DNA from: Candidatus Nanopelagicales bacterium
GTDB taxonomy: Bacteria; Actinomycetota; Actinomycetes; S36-B12
DNA length: 41,502 nucleotides
Direction: 5' to 3'
Assembly (NCBI GenBank): GCA_040265115.1
Contig: JBDQGZ010000001.1
Span: 1 to 41,502, forward strand
Shown piece after piece: positions 27,693-36,318 of this stretch. The notes beneath the pieces were generated by a model, which was not told the origin of the DNA, made no database searches, and saw only the letters and a program-made list of their open reading frames with translations. Both the position numbers and the translations under genes were made by a program. Each line of letters opens with the position of its first letter. The stretch's first letter is position 1.

Positions 27693-28590
27693 GACCACCA
27701 ACACCGGAGCCGTCGGCCAGGAGGCCGTCGCAGCCCTTGCCAGCCTCTCCCCCGAGCCAGGAGTGGCCAAGCCCGACCCGATCCTCATTGCCGACCATGT
27801 CGTGAGGCAGTTCGGCGGCCTGCGCGCCGTGGACGTGGCCCACCTCGAGGTTCAGCGCGGCGCCATCACCGCCCTGATCGGCCCGAACGGAGCCGGCAAG
27901 TCGACATTCTTCAACGTCATCAGCGGCTTCGACACCTCCGACGGCGGTACCTGGTCGTACAACAAGCACGTCATCACCAACACCTCCCCCAACCGGCTGG
28001 CCCGCAAAGGGCTGGTGCGCACCTTCCAGCTGACCAAGAGCCTGTCGCGCCTGAAGGTCATCGACAACATGCGGCTCGGCGCCGCGGGACAGACCGGTGA
28101 GCGCATCCTCCCGGCGATCTTCAAGTTCACCTGGGGCAGCCAGGAGGACCGCATCACCCAGCGTGCCATGGAGTTGCTCGAGCGGTTCAACCTCGCGGCG
28201 AAGGCCGATGACTTTGCGGGATCGCTCTCCGGCGGTCAGCGCAAACTCCTCGAGATGGCCCGAGCCCTCATGCTTAGTCCGGATTTGATCATGCTCGACG
28301 AGCCCATGGCCGGTGTGAACCCGGCCCTCAAGCAGAGCCTGCTGGACCACATTCGTGATATCCGCGAAGAGGGCACCACCGTGATGTTCGTTGAACATGA
28401 CATGGACATGGTCCGTGACGTCAGCGACTGGGTCGTCGTGATGGCCCAGGGCGAGATCATCTCTGAGGGAACGCCGACGACGGTCATGCGCGACCAACGC
28501 GTCATCGACGCCTACCTCGGTGCCCACCACGAGTCCGCGTTGACCGACAGCGGGCAGGCGTTGACCACCAGTGGCGAGCAGGAGGCCTAG
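27682..28590 (+). CDS. livG: ABC transporter ATP-binding protein (LivG family), 302 aa
   Basis: Walker A GPNGAGKST, signature LSGGQRKLLEMARAL, Walker B LIMLDEP. The start overlaps the livM stop by 11 nt. Confidence 0.92.
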   Translation: MPAETTNTGAVGQEAVAALASLSPEPGVAKPDPILIADHVVRQFGGLRAVDVAHLEVQRGAITALIGPNGAGKSTFFNVISGFDTSDGGTWSYNKHVITNTSPNRLARKGLVRTFQLTKSLSRLKVIDNMRLGAAGQTGERILPAIFKFTWGSQEDRITQRAMELLERFNLAAKADDFAGSLSGGQRKLLEMARALMLSPDLIMLDEPMAGVNPALKQSLLDHIRDIREEGTTVMFVEHDMDMVRDVSDWVVVMAQGEIISEGTPTTVMRDQRVIDAYLGAHHESALTDSGQALTTSGEQEA

Positions 28591-28593
28591 GAC

Positions 28594-29451
28594 ATGAGCG
28601 GTTTCGATCCACGAGCCGGGACGCCCGACAACATTCCCGGGCCCGATGACCTGCATGAGTTCGAAACTGAACTCGATCTCGACGCCCGCCAGGACACCAA
28701 GGCTCCCGCATCACACGATCCAGACGCGGCCAACTACCTGATCGACGCCCATGAGCTGGTCGCGGGATATTTCCCCGGCGTCAATATCCTCAATGGCTGC
28801 AACCTCACCGCGACCGAAGGTGAACTCGTCGGCATCATCGGGCCCAACGGCGCAGGCAAGTCCACCCTGCTGAAGGCCATGTTCGGCCTCGTGCGCATCC
28901 ACGAGGGCAACGTCACCCTGCGCGGCAAGGACATCACGAATCTTCGGGCAGACAAGCTCGTGACCATGGGCGTGGCGTTCGTGCCCCAGACGAACAATGT
29001 CTTCCCCTCCCTCACCATCGAGGAAAACCTCCAGGTGGGGTGTTATCAGCAGCCAAAGAAGTTCTCGGCAAGCTTCGAGCGGGTGGCCGATATCTTTCCG
29101 GCTCTCGCCGAGCGCCGGAAGCAGCGGGCCGGGTCGCTTTCTGGTGGTGAACGCCAGATGGTGGCGATGGGCCGTGCACTCATGATGGATCCCAGCGTGC
29201 TGCTGCTCGATGAGCCCAGCGCTGGCCTGTCCCCCTCATTGCAGGACGAGGTGTTCGTCCGAGTGCGTGAGATCAACAAGACCGGTGTCACCGTGATCAT
29301 CGTGGAGCAGAACGCCAGCCGCTGCCTCCAGATCGTCGATCGGGGCTATGTCCTCGACCAGGGCACCAACGCCTACACCGGTACCGGCCAGGAACTGGCC
29401 AATGACCCGAAGGTCATCGAGCTCTACCTCGGCACCCTTGCCAAAGCCTGA
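28594..29451 (+). CDS. livF: ABC transporter ATP-binding protein (LivF family) with an acidic N-terminal extension of about 45 aa, 285 aa
   Basis: Walker A GPNGAGKST, signature LSGGERQMVAMGRAL, Walker B LLLDEPS. RBS aggagg lies upstream. Confidence 0.92.
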   Translation: MSGFDPRAGTPDNIPGPDDLHEFETELDLDARQDTKAPASHDPDAANYLIDAHELVAGYFPGVNILNGCNLTATEGELVGIIGPNGAGKSTLLKAMFGLVRIHEGNVTLRGKDITNLRADKLVTMGVAFVPQTNNVFPSLTIEENLQVGCYQQPKKFSASFERVADIFPALAERRKQRAGSLSGGERQMVAMGRALMMDPSVLLLDEPSAGLSPSLQDEVFVRVREINKTGVTVIIVEQNASRCLQIVDRGYVLDQGTNAYTGTGQELANDPKVIELYLGTLAKA

Positions 29452-29478
29452 CCTCTCCACCGCACGCGCGGGATGACC

Positions 29479-29510
29479 ACGAAGCCCTCTGGCTAACCAG
29501 GGGGCTTCGT
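29479..29510 (+). terminator. Stem-loop terminator candidate for the livHMGF operon
   Basis: ACGAAGCCCTCTGG (29479-29492) pairs with CCAGGGGGCTTCGT (29497-29510). This gives a 14-bp stem (13 Watson-Crick pairs plus one U.G on the plus-strand RNA) with a CTAA tetraloop. It lies 28 nt after the livF stop. Confidence 0.5.
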
Positions 29511-29591
29511 CATGTCGTCGACGCTCACGCCCCCTGGACCGCCGGGCCGATGTCTCCGACGAGCCGTTGGTTGCTGAGGGACCACGCGTGA

Positions 29592-29631
29592 GTTGCTGGT
29601 CCCCAGACATGGTTGCTGGTCCCCAGACATG
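29592..29631. repeat. Perfect tandem duplication, 2 x 20 bp (GTTGCTGGTCCCCAGACATG)
   Basis: Read directly from the sequence. 29592-29611 is identical to 29612-29631. A degenerate third GTTGCTG copy begins at 29570. Confidence 0.95.
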
Positions 29632-29633
29632 AA

Positions 29634-29667
29634 TGTGGCCCGACCCCCCGAAGGGAGCCGGGCCACA
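29634..29667 (-). terminator. Stem-loop terminator candidate for the binding-protein gene
   Basis: TGTGGCCCG (29634-29642) pairs with CGGGCCACA (29659-29667), giving 9 bp. Four more inner pairs surround a CGAA loop. It lies 20 nt after the stop at 29687. Confidence 0.45.
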
Positions 29668-29686
29668 CCCGGTTGTGCGTGGACCC

Positions 29687-31024
29687 TTACGGGGTCGGCA
29701 CCTCAGCTGTCACCTGTCCGATTTCCTCGAACTCGGTGTTGCTGATGTACTCCACGATCGCGATGGTCGCGGCCTTGGGATCGCCGTACTCGTTGAAGTC
29801 CAGCGGTCCGGTCGCACCATCGTAGTTCGGAGTTCCGCCGGCCTGGATGATGGCGTTGCACTCATCCCAGGTCTTGCAGATCTCGTTACCCGGCGCCTCG
29901 TTGGCGATGATCGGCAGAGCGTTCGCGATGGCCCGGGCGTCAGCGCAGCCAGCGTACTGGGCAGCGATGGCGACCAGCATTGTCGCGTCGTAGGCCTGAG
30001 CACCGTAGGCGAAGTCCGTCAGATCCGGATCGACGGTGAGCAGACGCTCGTTGAACGCGTCGATGTCGGAGTTGGGATCACCGGTCGGAACGGTCGCGAT
30101 AACGCCGTCCATGGTGCCCGCGGGGAAGTCCGCGTAGGCCGTGGTCGAGATGTTGCCGTCGACCAGGAAGACCTGCACGTCCTGCGGGCCGATGCCCTGC
30201 TTGATCATCTCCTGCAGCAGCTTCGTGGTCTCATCGAAGCCGATGACCTGCACGAACTCCGGGTTGCCCGCAGCGATCTCGGCCACCTCGGCCTCGAACG
30301 ACGGAGCGGCCGGGTCGTACTTCAGGTTGGAGGTGATGGTGCCACCTGCAGCCTCGAAGTCCTTCACGAAGGCCTCGCGAAGGCCGTTGCCGTAGGGATC
30401 GTCACGCGAGATGGTCGCACCTGCGGTGAAGCCCAGGTCGATCGCCTCGGCAGCCACGATGGCGCCCTGCAGAACGTCGGACGGAGCGGTACGGAAGTAC
30501 AGGCCATCGTCAGGGGCAGTGGTGAGGCTCGGCGCCGTGTTGGCCGGGGAGATCACCAGCATGCCGTTCTGAACGGTTGCCTTCTCCAGGATCGTCGAGG
30601 TGACACCCGAGGAGGCAGCACCGATGACGACCTGCACACCCTTGGAGATGTGGGAGTCGATCGTCTGGCTGGCCAGGTCGGTCTTGGTGTCGCCAGAGTC
30701 ACCGAACTCGTTGATGACCGGCTTGCCCAGGACACCGCCGCCTGCGTCGATCTCCTCGACGGCCAGGTCGACGCCGGCGTACTCCGGCGGTCCGAGGAAG
30801 GCGAGGTCACCCGTGGCCGGGAGCAGGGTGCCGATGATCAGCTGATCATTCGAGCACTCCGTATCCGGCGACGGGGCGGGCTCGCTCGTCGTGGGCGCCT
30901 CAGACGTGGGAGAGGGCGCTGCAGACGTCGCGGAGCCGCTGTCGTCGCTTGAGCCACCGCAGGCGGCAAGCACGAGGCTGGCCGCACCGATGACTGCAAG
31001 CGAACCGGCAATGCGTCGCTTCAT
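29687..31024 (-). CDS. ABC transporter substrate-binding lipoprotein (branched-chain amino acid / Peripla_BP_6 type), 445 aa
   Basis: Lipobox LVLAACGGSS, followed by a Ser/Thr/Pro-rich linker. A LivJ/K-like fold is suggested by IGTLLPATGDLAFLGPPEYAGVDLAVEEIDAGGGVLGKPV. RBS aaggaga lies 8 nt upstream of the ATG at 31024. Confidence 0.9.
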   Translation of the reverse strand: MKRRIAGSLAVIGAASLVLAACGGSSDDSGSATSAAPSPTSEAPTTSEPAPSPDTECSNDQLIIGTLLPATGDLAFLGPPEYAGVDLAVEEIDAGGGVLGKPVINEFGDSGDTKTDLASQTIDSHISKGVQVVIGAASSGVTSTILEKATVQNGMLVISPANTAPSLTTAPDDGLYFRTAPSDVLQGAIVAAEAIDLGFTAGATISRDDPYGNGLREAFVKDFEAAGGTITSNLKYDPAAPSFEAEVAEIAAGNPEFVQVIGFDETTKLLQEMIKQGIGPQDVQVFLVDGNISTTAYADFPAGTMDGVIATVPTGDPNSDIDAFNERLLTVDPDLTDFAYGAQAYDATMLVAIAAQYAGCADARAIANALPIIANEAPGNEICKTWDECNAIIQAGGTPNYDGATGPLDFNEYGDPKAATIAIVEYISNTEFEEIGQVTAEVPTP

Positions 31025-31044
31025 ATGAATGTTCTCCTTAAAGG

Positions 31045-31069
31045 GCGGGCCGGCATGGTGCCAACCCGC
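31045..31069 (-). promoter_or_regulatory. Very stable hairpin in the 5' leader of the binding-protein gene, ending 4 nt before its Shine-Dalgarno
   Basis: The minus-strand RNA GCGGGUUGGCA-CCA-UGCCGGCCCGC forms 11 bp (9 Watson-Crick pairs plus 2 G.U) with a 3-nt loop. It is followed by CCUUUAAGGAGAACAUUCAUAUG. A second small hairpin (CGTTG-GAA-CAACG on the plus strand) lies at 31072-31084. Confidence 0.35.
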
Positions 31070-31186
31070 ATCGTTGGAACAACGGTGAGCCCAAACTACC
31101 TGCCCGTGCGTGTCTAGCGTGCTCCCGCTCCCCGTTCCCGGCAGATGGTTGTGAATCCGTGACCTGGCTCGTTATAAATTCGTTAC

Positions 31187-31744
31187 CTAAAGCTGCTCGG
31201 TGATCATGTTCTGAGCCACCCGTCCCATCGTGGTGCGGGCATCCATGGCCCGCTGACGCAGCGCGGCAAAGGCCTCCTCCTCGGTGAGCCCCTGGGCCAT
31301 GAGCAGACCCTTTGCCCGGTCGATGTGCTGGCGCTCGGCAAGCCTTCTGGCCAGGTCGGTGGCCTCCGCCTGGAGTTCATGGGCCGCAACCCAGCGAGCG
31401 GCAGCGATCTCGATCGCGGGAACAAGGTTCTCCGGTCCGATCGGTTTGACCAGATATCCCATCGCCCCAGCCTGAGTAGCCCGCTCGATGAGATCGCGCT
31501 GTCCGAAGGCCGTCAGGACGACGATGGCTGTCCGCTCCGCCGCCCGGCGGGTGACCTCCAGTCCGTCCATGCCCGGCATCGCGATATCGACCACGGTGAC
31601 GTCGGGGCGCAACTGATCGATCTTCGCCAAGGCCGTCTCGCCATCCCCCACCGCAGCGAGAACGTCATATCCAGCCTCGCGCAGGGCCTCGACCAGATCG
31701 AGTCGGATCACGGCCTCGTCTTCCGCCACCACGATGCGCAACAC
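31187..31744 (-). CDS. pdtaR: ANTAR-domain response regulator (PdtaR-like), 185 aa from the GTG at 31744 (an upstream TTG at 31801 is possible)
   Basis: Receiver domain (LRIVVAEDEAVIRLDLVEAL, VVDIAMPGMDG, LVKP) plus a C-terminal ANTAR domain (LAERQHIDRAKGLLMAQGLTEEEAFAALRQRAMDARTTMGRVAQNMI). Confidence 0.88.
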   Translation of the reverse strand: MLRIVVAEDEAVIRLDLVEALREAGYDVLAAVGDGETALAKIDQLRPDVTVVDIAMPGMDGLEVTRRAAERTAIVVLTAFGQRDLIERATQAGAMGYLVKPIGPENLVPAIEIAAARWVAAHELQAEATDLARRLAERQHIDRAKGLLMAQGLTEEEAFAALRQRAMDARTTMGRVAQNMITEQL

Positions 31745-31830
31745 GGGTCCGAGAGTAGCCAAGCGCCTCCCCGCGCATGGGCCTCCCCCGCACCCGATCA
31801 ACGACGCATCGGACTACGCTGTCGGGCGAC

Positions 31831-31904
31831 GCCCCGGTATCCCAACCGGTAGAGGAAGCGGTCTCAAACACCGTCCAGTGTGGGTTCGAATCCCACCCGG
31901 GGCA
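31831..31904 (+). tRNA. tRNA, anticodon CAA (Leu by anticodon), 74 nt, atypically short variable loop, no encoded CCA
   Basis: Hand fold. Acceptor GCCCCGG/CCGGGGC (7 Watson-Crick pairs). D-arm TCC-CAACCGGTAGA-GGA. Anticodon stem GCGGT/ACCGT with loop CTCAAAC (anticodon at 31865-31867). Variable loop CCAGT. T-arm GTGGG-TTCGAAT-CCCAC. Discriminator A. Confidence 0.8.
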
Positions 31905-31941
31905 CCCATGCAGCAGCCGGTGCAGGGAATGGCCTCGCGAC

Positions 31942-32394
31942 CTACTCTGCCGCTGCGGAGCTTCCGTCTGTCGACAACTCCAGGTAGGGGCGCATCTCGA
32001 CCAGCCGCGCCAGCAAGCCATTGATGAAGCCCGGCGACTCATCCGTCGACAGTTCCCTGGCCAGATTCACTGCCTCGTCGATGACGACCGCGTCAGGGGC
32101 ATCGTGTCCCCACAGGATTTCGAAGGCCCCCAACCGCAGGATGTTGCGGTCGATCGCCGGCATCCGCGACAGTACCCAGCCGTGGGAGTTGCTCTGCACC
32201 AGGTCATCGATGCGATCGCGGTGCGCCTGGACCCCCTCCACGAGTACGACGGTGAAATCGTTCGGTGTCACTCCCTCATCAGCCAGTCGGCGGGCCGTGA
32301 CGTCCGCGAGAACATCGACGGGGTTGGCTCTCCTCACATCGGCTTCATAGAGCACGTCGAGGGCACGCTTGCGGGCCTTGCTTCGAGCAGACAT
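31942..32394 (-). CDS. nusB: Transcription antitermination factor NusB, 150 aa
   Basis: MSARSKARKRALDVLYEADVR, followed by PAIDRNILRLGAFEILW and VVIDEAVNLARELSTDESPGFINGLL; classic NusB. Confidence 0.95.
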   Translation of the reverse strand: MSARSKARKRALDVLYEADVRRANPVDVLADVTARRLADEGVTPNDFTVVLVEGVQAHRDRIDDLVQSNSHGWVLSRMPAIDRNILRLGAFEILWGHDAPDAVVIDEAVNLARELSTDESPGFINGLLARLVEMRPYLELSTDGSSAAAE

Positions 32395-32411
32395 GGATAG
32401 CGACGTTCGAC

Positions 32412-32972
32412 CTAGTTCACACGGCCGAGATAGGACCCATCCCGGGTGTCCACCTTGACCCTCGTGTCCGGCTCGATGAACAGGGGCACGGCGATCTCCG
32501 CGCCTGTCTCCAGGGTGGCCGGCTTGGTTCCCCCGGTCGATCGGTCCCCCTGCAGTCCTGGCTCGGTGTAGGTGATGAGAAGTTCCACCGAGGGCGGCAA
32601 CTCGATGTAGAGCGGTACTCCATCATGGGTTGCGACCGTCGCCGAGTTGTTCTCCAGCAGGTAACGGGAGGCCTCTCCCACGACGGCGGATGGCACCGGC
32701 ACCTGGTCGTAGGTCTGACCGTCCATGAAGATGAAGTCGTCACCATCCCGGTAAAGGAACTGCATGTCGCGGCGATCGACGTTTGCGGTCTCGACCTTCA
32801 CGCCCGCGTTGAACGTCTTATCGACGACTTTGCCCGACAGCACGTTCTTAAGTTTCGTGCGGACGAAGGCCCCACCCTTACCCGGCTTGACGTGCTGGAA
32901 TTCCACGACGCTCCACAACTGGCCGTCGAGGTTGAGCACGATTCCGTTCTTGAGGTCGTTCGTCGTCGCCAT
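32412..32972 (-). CDS. efp: Elongation factor P, 186 aa
   Basis: [54 protein letters not shown]; canonical EF-P. RBS ggagg lies 7 nt upstream. Confidence 0.97.
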   Translation of the reverse strand: MATTNDLKNGIVLNLDGQLWSVVEFQHVKPGKGGAFVRTKLKNVLSGKVVDKTFNAGVKVETANVDRRDMQFLYRDGDDFIFMDGQTYDQVPVPSAVVGEASRYLLENNSATVATHDGVPLYIELPPSVELLITYTEPGLQGDRSTGGTKPATLETGAEIAVPLFIEPDTRVKVDTRDGSYLGRVN

Positions 32973-33059
32973 TGCCAGGCCTCCATCGGGTCGCCGCAGT
33001 TGAGCCAGCCGAGCATACCCGTGCGGCCGGTCCCCCCCTGGGCTCGACCCAATTGAGTA

Positions 33060-33509
33060 TCAGTCTGTCGCGCCGCGGCCGAGAACAGCCGCCAATCCTT
33101 CGAGGGCGATCGCGTAGGAATCCATCCCGAAGCCAGCGATCGTGCCCGTGACGACGCCGGACACCACACTGTGGTGACGAAACTCCTCGCGGGCCGCTGG
33201 ATTCGACAGATGGACCTCGATCACCGGGCGTGCACATTGGGCCAGGGCATCACGCAGTGCATAGGAGTAGTGGGTGAATGCCGCCGGGTTGATGACGATT
33301 GGCTGATCTGCATCGATGGCCTCGTGGATCCAGCGAATCAACTCCGCCTCGTCATCAGATTGACGAACATCCACCTGCATGCCCAGCCGGCGCGCGTTGT
33401 CCTGACACAAGGTCACCAGATCCTCGTAGCTGGCCGTCCCGTAGATCTCGGGCTCACGACTCCCCAGGCGAGCGAGATTCGGCCCGTTCAGCACCATGAC
33501 CGAGGTCAT
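33060..33509 (-). CDS. aroQ: Type II 3-dehydroquinate dehydratase, 149 aa
   Basis: VLNGPNLARLGSREPEIYG, followed by INPAAFTHYSYALRDA and IEVHLSNPAAREEFRHHS. The start overlaps the aroB stop (ATGA). Confidence 0.95.
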   Translation of the reverse strand: MTSVMVLNGPNLARLGSREPEIYGTASYEDLVTLCQDNARRLGMQVDVRQSDDEAELIRWIHEAIDADQPIVINPAAFTHYSYALRDALAQCARPVIEVHLSNPAAREEFRHHSVVSGVVTGTIAGFGMDSYAIALEGLAAVLGRGATD

Positions 33510-34594
33510 CGGGACACCTCCGAGTACGCCGCCGCGAGCAGGGCAGGATCAGGACCCTCCAAAAGCACGGGTCGCGCCAGATCGTCCAGGATCACGAAGC
33601 GAAGCATGTCACCCCGCGACTTCTTGTCCAACCTCATCGCCGACAACAGCGCGTCCCACCGGCCAGCGGGATAGGTCGTGGGCAGGCCGAGTTCGGTGAG
33701 GACTCGTCGATGGCGATCGACCACATCATCACCGAGACGCCCGGCAAGGCGTGCCAATTCCGCGACGAACATCATGCCGACACTGATCGCCGCCCCATGG
33801 CGCCACGTGAACGACTCCACCTTCTCGATGGCATGACCGAAGGTGTGACCGTAGTTCAGCACCTCTCGCCCGAGGACTGTTCCGATGCGCTCATGCAGAT
33901 CGCCTGCGACGACCTCCGCCTTGACCCGGATGGCGCGTTCTATCAACTCCCGCAGCTGCGGCGAGTCGGGTTCGGTGCACGCTCGGGGATCGGACTCGAT
34001 GATGTCAAGAATCTCAGGGTCGGCGATGAAGCCGCACTTAACGACCTCGGCGAGTCCCGCCACAAGGTCGTTCGTCGGGAGGGTCTCCAAGGCGGTCAGA
34101 TCACAGAGCACCCCGGCCGGTTCGTGGATGCATCCCACCAGGTTCTTCCCCTGGGGCACGTTGATGCCGGTCTTGCCCCCGACCGCAGCATCGACCATGG
34201 CGAGGAGCGTCGTGGGGACCTGGACGATGCGGACTCCTCGCAGCCACGTCGCCGCGATGAACCCCGCGAGGTCGGTCGTGGCGCCTCCACCCACCCCGAG
34301 GAGCGCATCCGTTCGGGTGAAACCAGCCTCCGCCAGGGCGGTCCACGCGAAGGCGGCCACCTCCGGGGTCTTCTGGTCCTCGCCGTCGGGAACCTCGAGC
34401 ACGACCGGCGTATACCCCTGGGCTTCGAGGTCATCTCGGATCGCATCGCCCGTGCGGGTCAATGACGCCGGGACCACGATCCCCACCCGCACTGCCGCCG
34501 TGCCGATCAGTGCAGGCAACTCGCCGAGAACACCGCGACCGATCACCACCTCGTAGGGGTGAGCCGTTGCCACCGGGATCCTGGTCACACTCAT
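33506..34594 (-). CDS. aroB: 3-dehydroquinate synthase, 362 aa
   Basis: GGGATTDLAGFIAATWLRGVRIVQVPTTLLAMVDAAVGGKTGIN, followed by LNYGHTFGHAIE. 4-nt overlap with the aroK stop. Confidence 0.95.
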   Translation of the reverse strand: MSVTRIPVATAHPYEVVIGRGVLGELPALIGTAAVRVGIVVPASLTRTGDAIRDDLEAQGYTPVVLEVPDGEDQKTPEVAAFAWTALAEAGFTRTDALLGVGGGATTDLAGFIAATWLRGVRIVQVPTTLLAMVDAAVGGKTGINVPQGKNLVGCIHEPAGVLCDLTALETLPTNDLVAGLAEVVKCGFIADPEILDIIESDPRACTEPDSPQLRELIERAIRVKAEVVAGDLHERIGTVLGREVLNYGHTFGHAIEKVESFTWRHGAAISVGMMFVAELARLAGRLGDDVVDRHRRVLTELGLPTTYPAGRWDALLSAMRLDKKSRGDMLRFVILDDLARPVLLEGPDPALLAAAYSEVSR

Positions 34595-35133
34595 GACGCG
34601 AGCACCTTCCCGCTGACTTCCTCGACGATGTCCTTCACGGTGCGGTCGTCAGTGTCGACGGTGACCTCCGCGAGATCGGCGTACCATGGCGTACGTTCCT
34701 GCAGCAGCGTCACCAGTCGACCCCGCACATTGCCCATGAGCAGCGGGCGCGCTCCGGACAAGCCGACACGCGAGGCCGCCTGTCCCGGCGACACCTTCAG
34801 CCAGACCACGCGATGATCGCGCAGTGCTCGTCGATTCTCCTCGGAGACGATTGCTCCCCCGCCCAAGGACACCACCGCCCCCGACCGGGTCAGCGCCTCT
34901 CGAAGTGCGTCCGCTTCGAGGGTGCGGAAATGGGGTTCCCCATCCTCGATGAAGATGTCCGAGACCGGCTTGCCCGCCCGCTCAACGATCAAGGCGTCCG
35001 TGTCGATGAATTCGGCATCTAGGCGACGTGCGAGAAGCCGACCGACGCTGGATTTGCCTGCTCCTGGTGCACCAATGAGAACGGCAATCGGACGATCCTC
35101 GCTGTTCGACTTATTCGCCTGCGGGATTGTCAT
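34591..35133 (-). CDS. aroK: Shikimate kinase, 180 aa
   Basis: Walker [35 protein letters not shown]. 4-nt overlap with the aroC stop. Confidence 0.93.
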   Translation of the reverse strand: MTIPQANKSNSEDRPIAVLIGAPGAGKSSVGRLLARRLDAEFIDTDALIVERAGKPVSDIFIEDGEPHFRTLEADALREALTRSGAVVSLGGGAIVSEENRRALRDHRVVWLKVSPGQAASRVGLSGARPLLMGNVRGRLVTLLQERTPWYADLAEVTVDTDDRTVKDIVEEVSGKVLAS

Positions 35134-36305
35134 CGAATGGCCAGGTGCGCGAGATAGGACTCCAGATTCCGCCGGGTTTCGCTCACGTGGTCACCACCGA
35201 ACTTCTCGACTACAGCGTCGGCGAGGGTCAGGGCCACCATCGCCTCGGCGACGACTCCTGAAGCGGGGACGGCGCACACATCCGAGCGCTGGTTGATCGC
35301 CTTCGCTGCCTCCCCGGTAGCGACATCGACGGTGTCGAGGGCGCGAGGAATAGTAGAGATCGGCTTCATCGCGGCACGGACTCGGAGGACCTCACCCGTC
35401 GTCATCCCGCCCTCGCTACCCCCCGAATGGCCGGATGTCCGTCGCAGGCCTGCGTCAGCGGTGACGATCTCATCCTGCGCAGCGGACCCGCGGATCTCGG
35501 CGAGCCCGAATCCATCACCGAACTCCACGCCCTTCATCGCCTGGATTCCCATGAGCGCAGCCGCGATGCGCGCATCGATGCGACGGTCCCAGTGCACGTG
35601 GCTTCCAAGGCCCGGCGGCAGTCCGTGGACGACGACTTCGATCACCCCGCCGAGCGTGTCGCCGTCACGATGGGCTGCACTGATCTCCTCCTGCATCGCC
35701 TGGGAGCCGTTCTCGTCAGCGCACCGCACCGGATCCTCGTCGATGGCGTGAGCGCGATCGGCCGCCGGAGGCGGGATCTCGATCGAGGCCCCGCCGATGC
35801 GGACGACGTGACTGAGAATCGTGACTCCGGCGCCGTCGTGCAGGAACGCTCGGGCGACGCTTCCCACGGCTACCCGCGCAGCTGTCCCCCTCGCGCTGGC
35901 TCGCGCGCGGAACGGTCGGGCATCAGCGACCCCGTACTTCTGGAGTCCGGCTATGACAGCGTGGCGGGGTCGAGGGCGAGTCAGCGGAGAGTTGCGGGCC
36001 AGACCCTCCAGTTCCTCCGCGTCCACCGGATCAGCGGACATGACCTGTTCCCACTTCGGCCATTCGGTGTTGGCGACCTGCAGGGAGATCGGGCTGCCTA
36101 GGGTGAGTCCGTGGCGCACACCGCCGAGGATCGTGACCTCATCGGCTTCGAACTTCATTCGAGCGCCGCGGCCCACTCCAAGACGACGTCGACGCAGCTG
36201 CTCAGCGATCTCTGCGGTCGTCACACCCACGCCGGCAGGCATGCCCTCGAGGATGGCCACGAGCGCCGGACCGTGGGATTCACCGGCGGTCAACCATCGC
36301 AACAT
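35130..36305 (-). CDS. aroC: Chorismate synthase, 391 aa from the ATG at 36305
   Basis: [25 protein letters not shown], followed by [12 protein letters not shown] and [21 protein letters not shown] gagagga lies 8 nt upstream of 36305. The 28 extra residues in the ORF track overlap the aroE 3' end. Confidence 0.93.
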   Translation of the reverse strand: MLRWLTAGESHGPALVAILEGMPAGVGVTTAEIAEQLRRRRLGVGRGARMKFEADEVTILGGVRHGLTLGSPISLQVANTEWPKWEQVMSADPVDAEELEGLARNSPLTRPRPRHAVIAGLQKYGVADARPFRARASARGTAARVAVGSVARAFLHDGAGVTILSHVVRIGGASIEIPPPAADRAHAIDEDPVRCADENGSQAMQEEISAAHRDGDTLGGVIEVVVHGLPPGLGSHVHWDRRIDARIAAALMGIQAMKGVEFGDGFGLAEIRGSAAQDEIVTADAGLRRTSGHSGGSEGGMTTGEVLRVRAAMKPISTIPRALDTVDVATGEAAKAINQRSDVCAVPASGVVAEAMVALTLADAVVEKFGGDHVSETRRNLESYLAHLAIR

Positions 36306-36318
36306 GGCCCGCATCCTC

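Noticed and set aside
31745-31941. A genomic island or integration site at the tRNA gene.
   Set aside because: There is no integrase, no direct repeat of the tRNA 3' end and no compositional shift. The flanking genes (pdtaR, nusB) are conserved core genes.
32973-33059. The 87-nt aroQ-efp spacer as a possible remnant of the pepQ gene that lies between them in some actinobacteria, or as a structured RNA.
   Set aside because: It is too short to hold a gene remnant that I can recognise. It shows only generic GC-rich long-range pairing (GGGTCG with CGACCC), consistent with an operon terminator plus the efp promoter and RBS.
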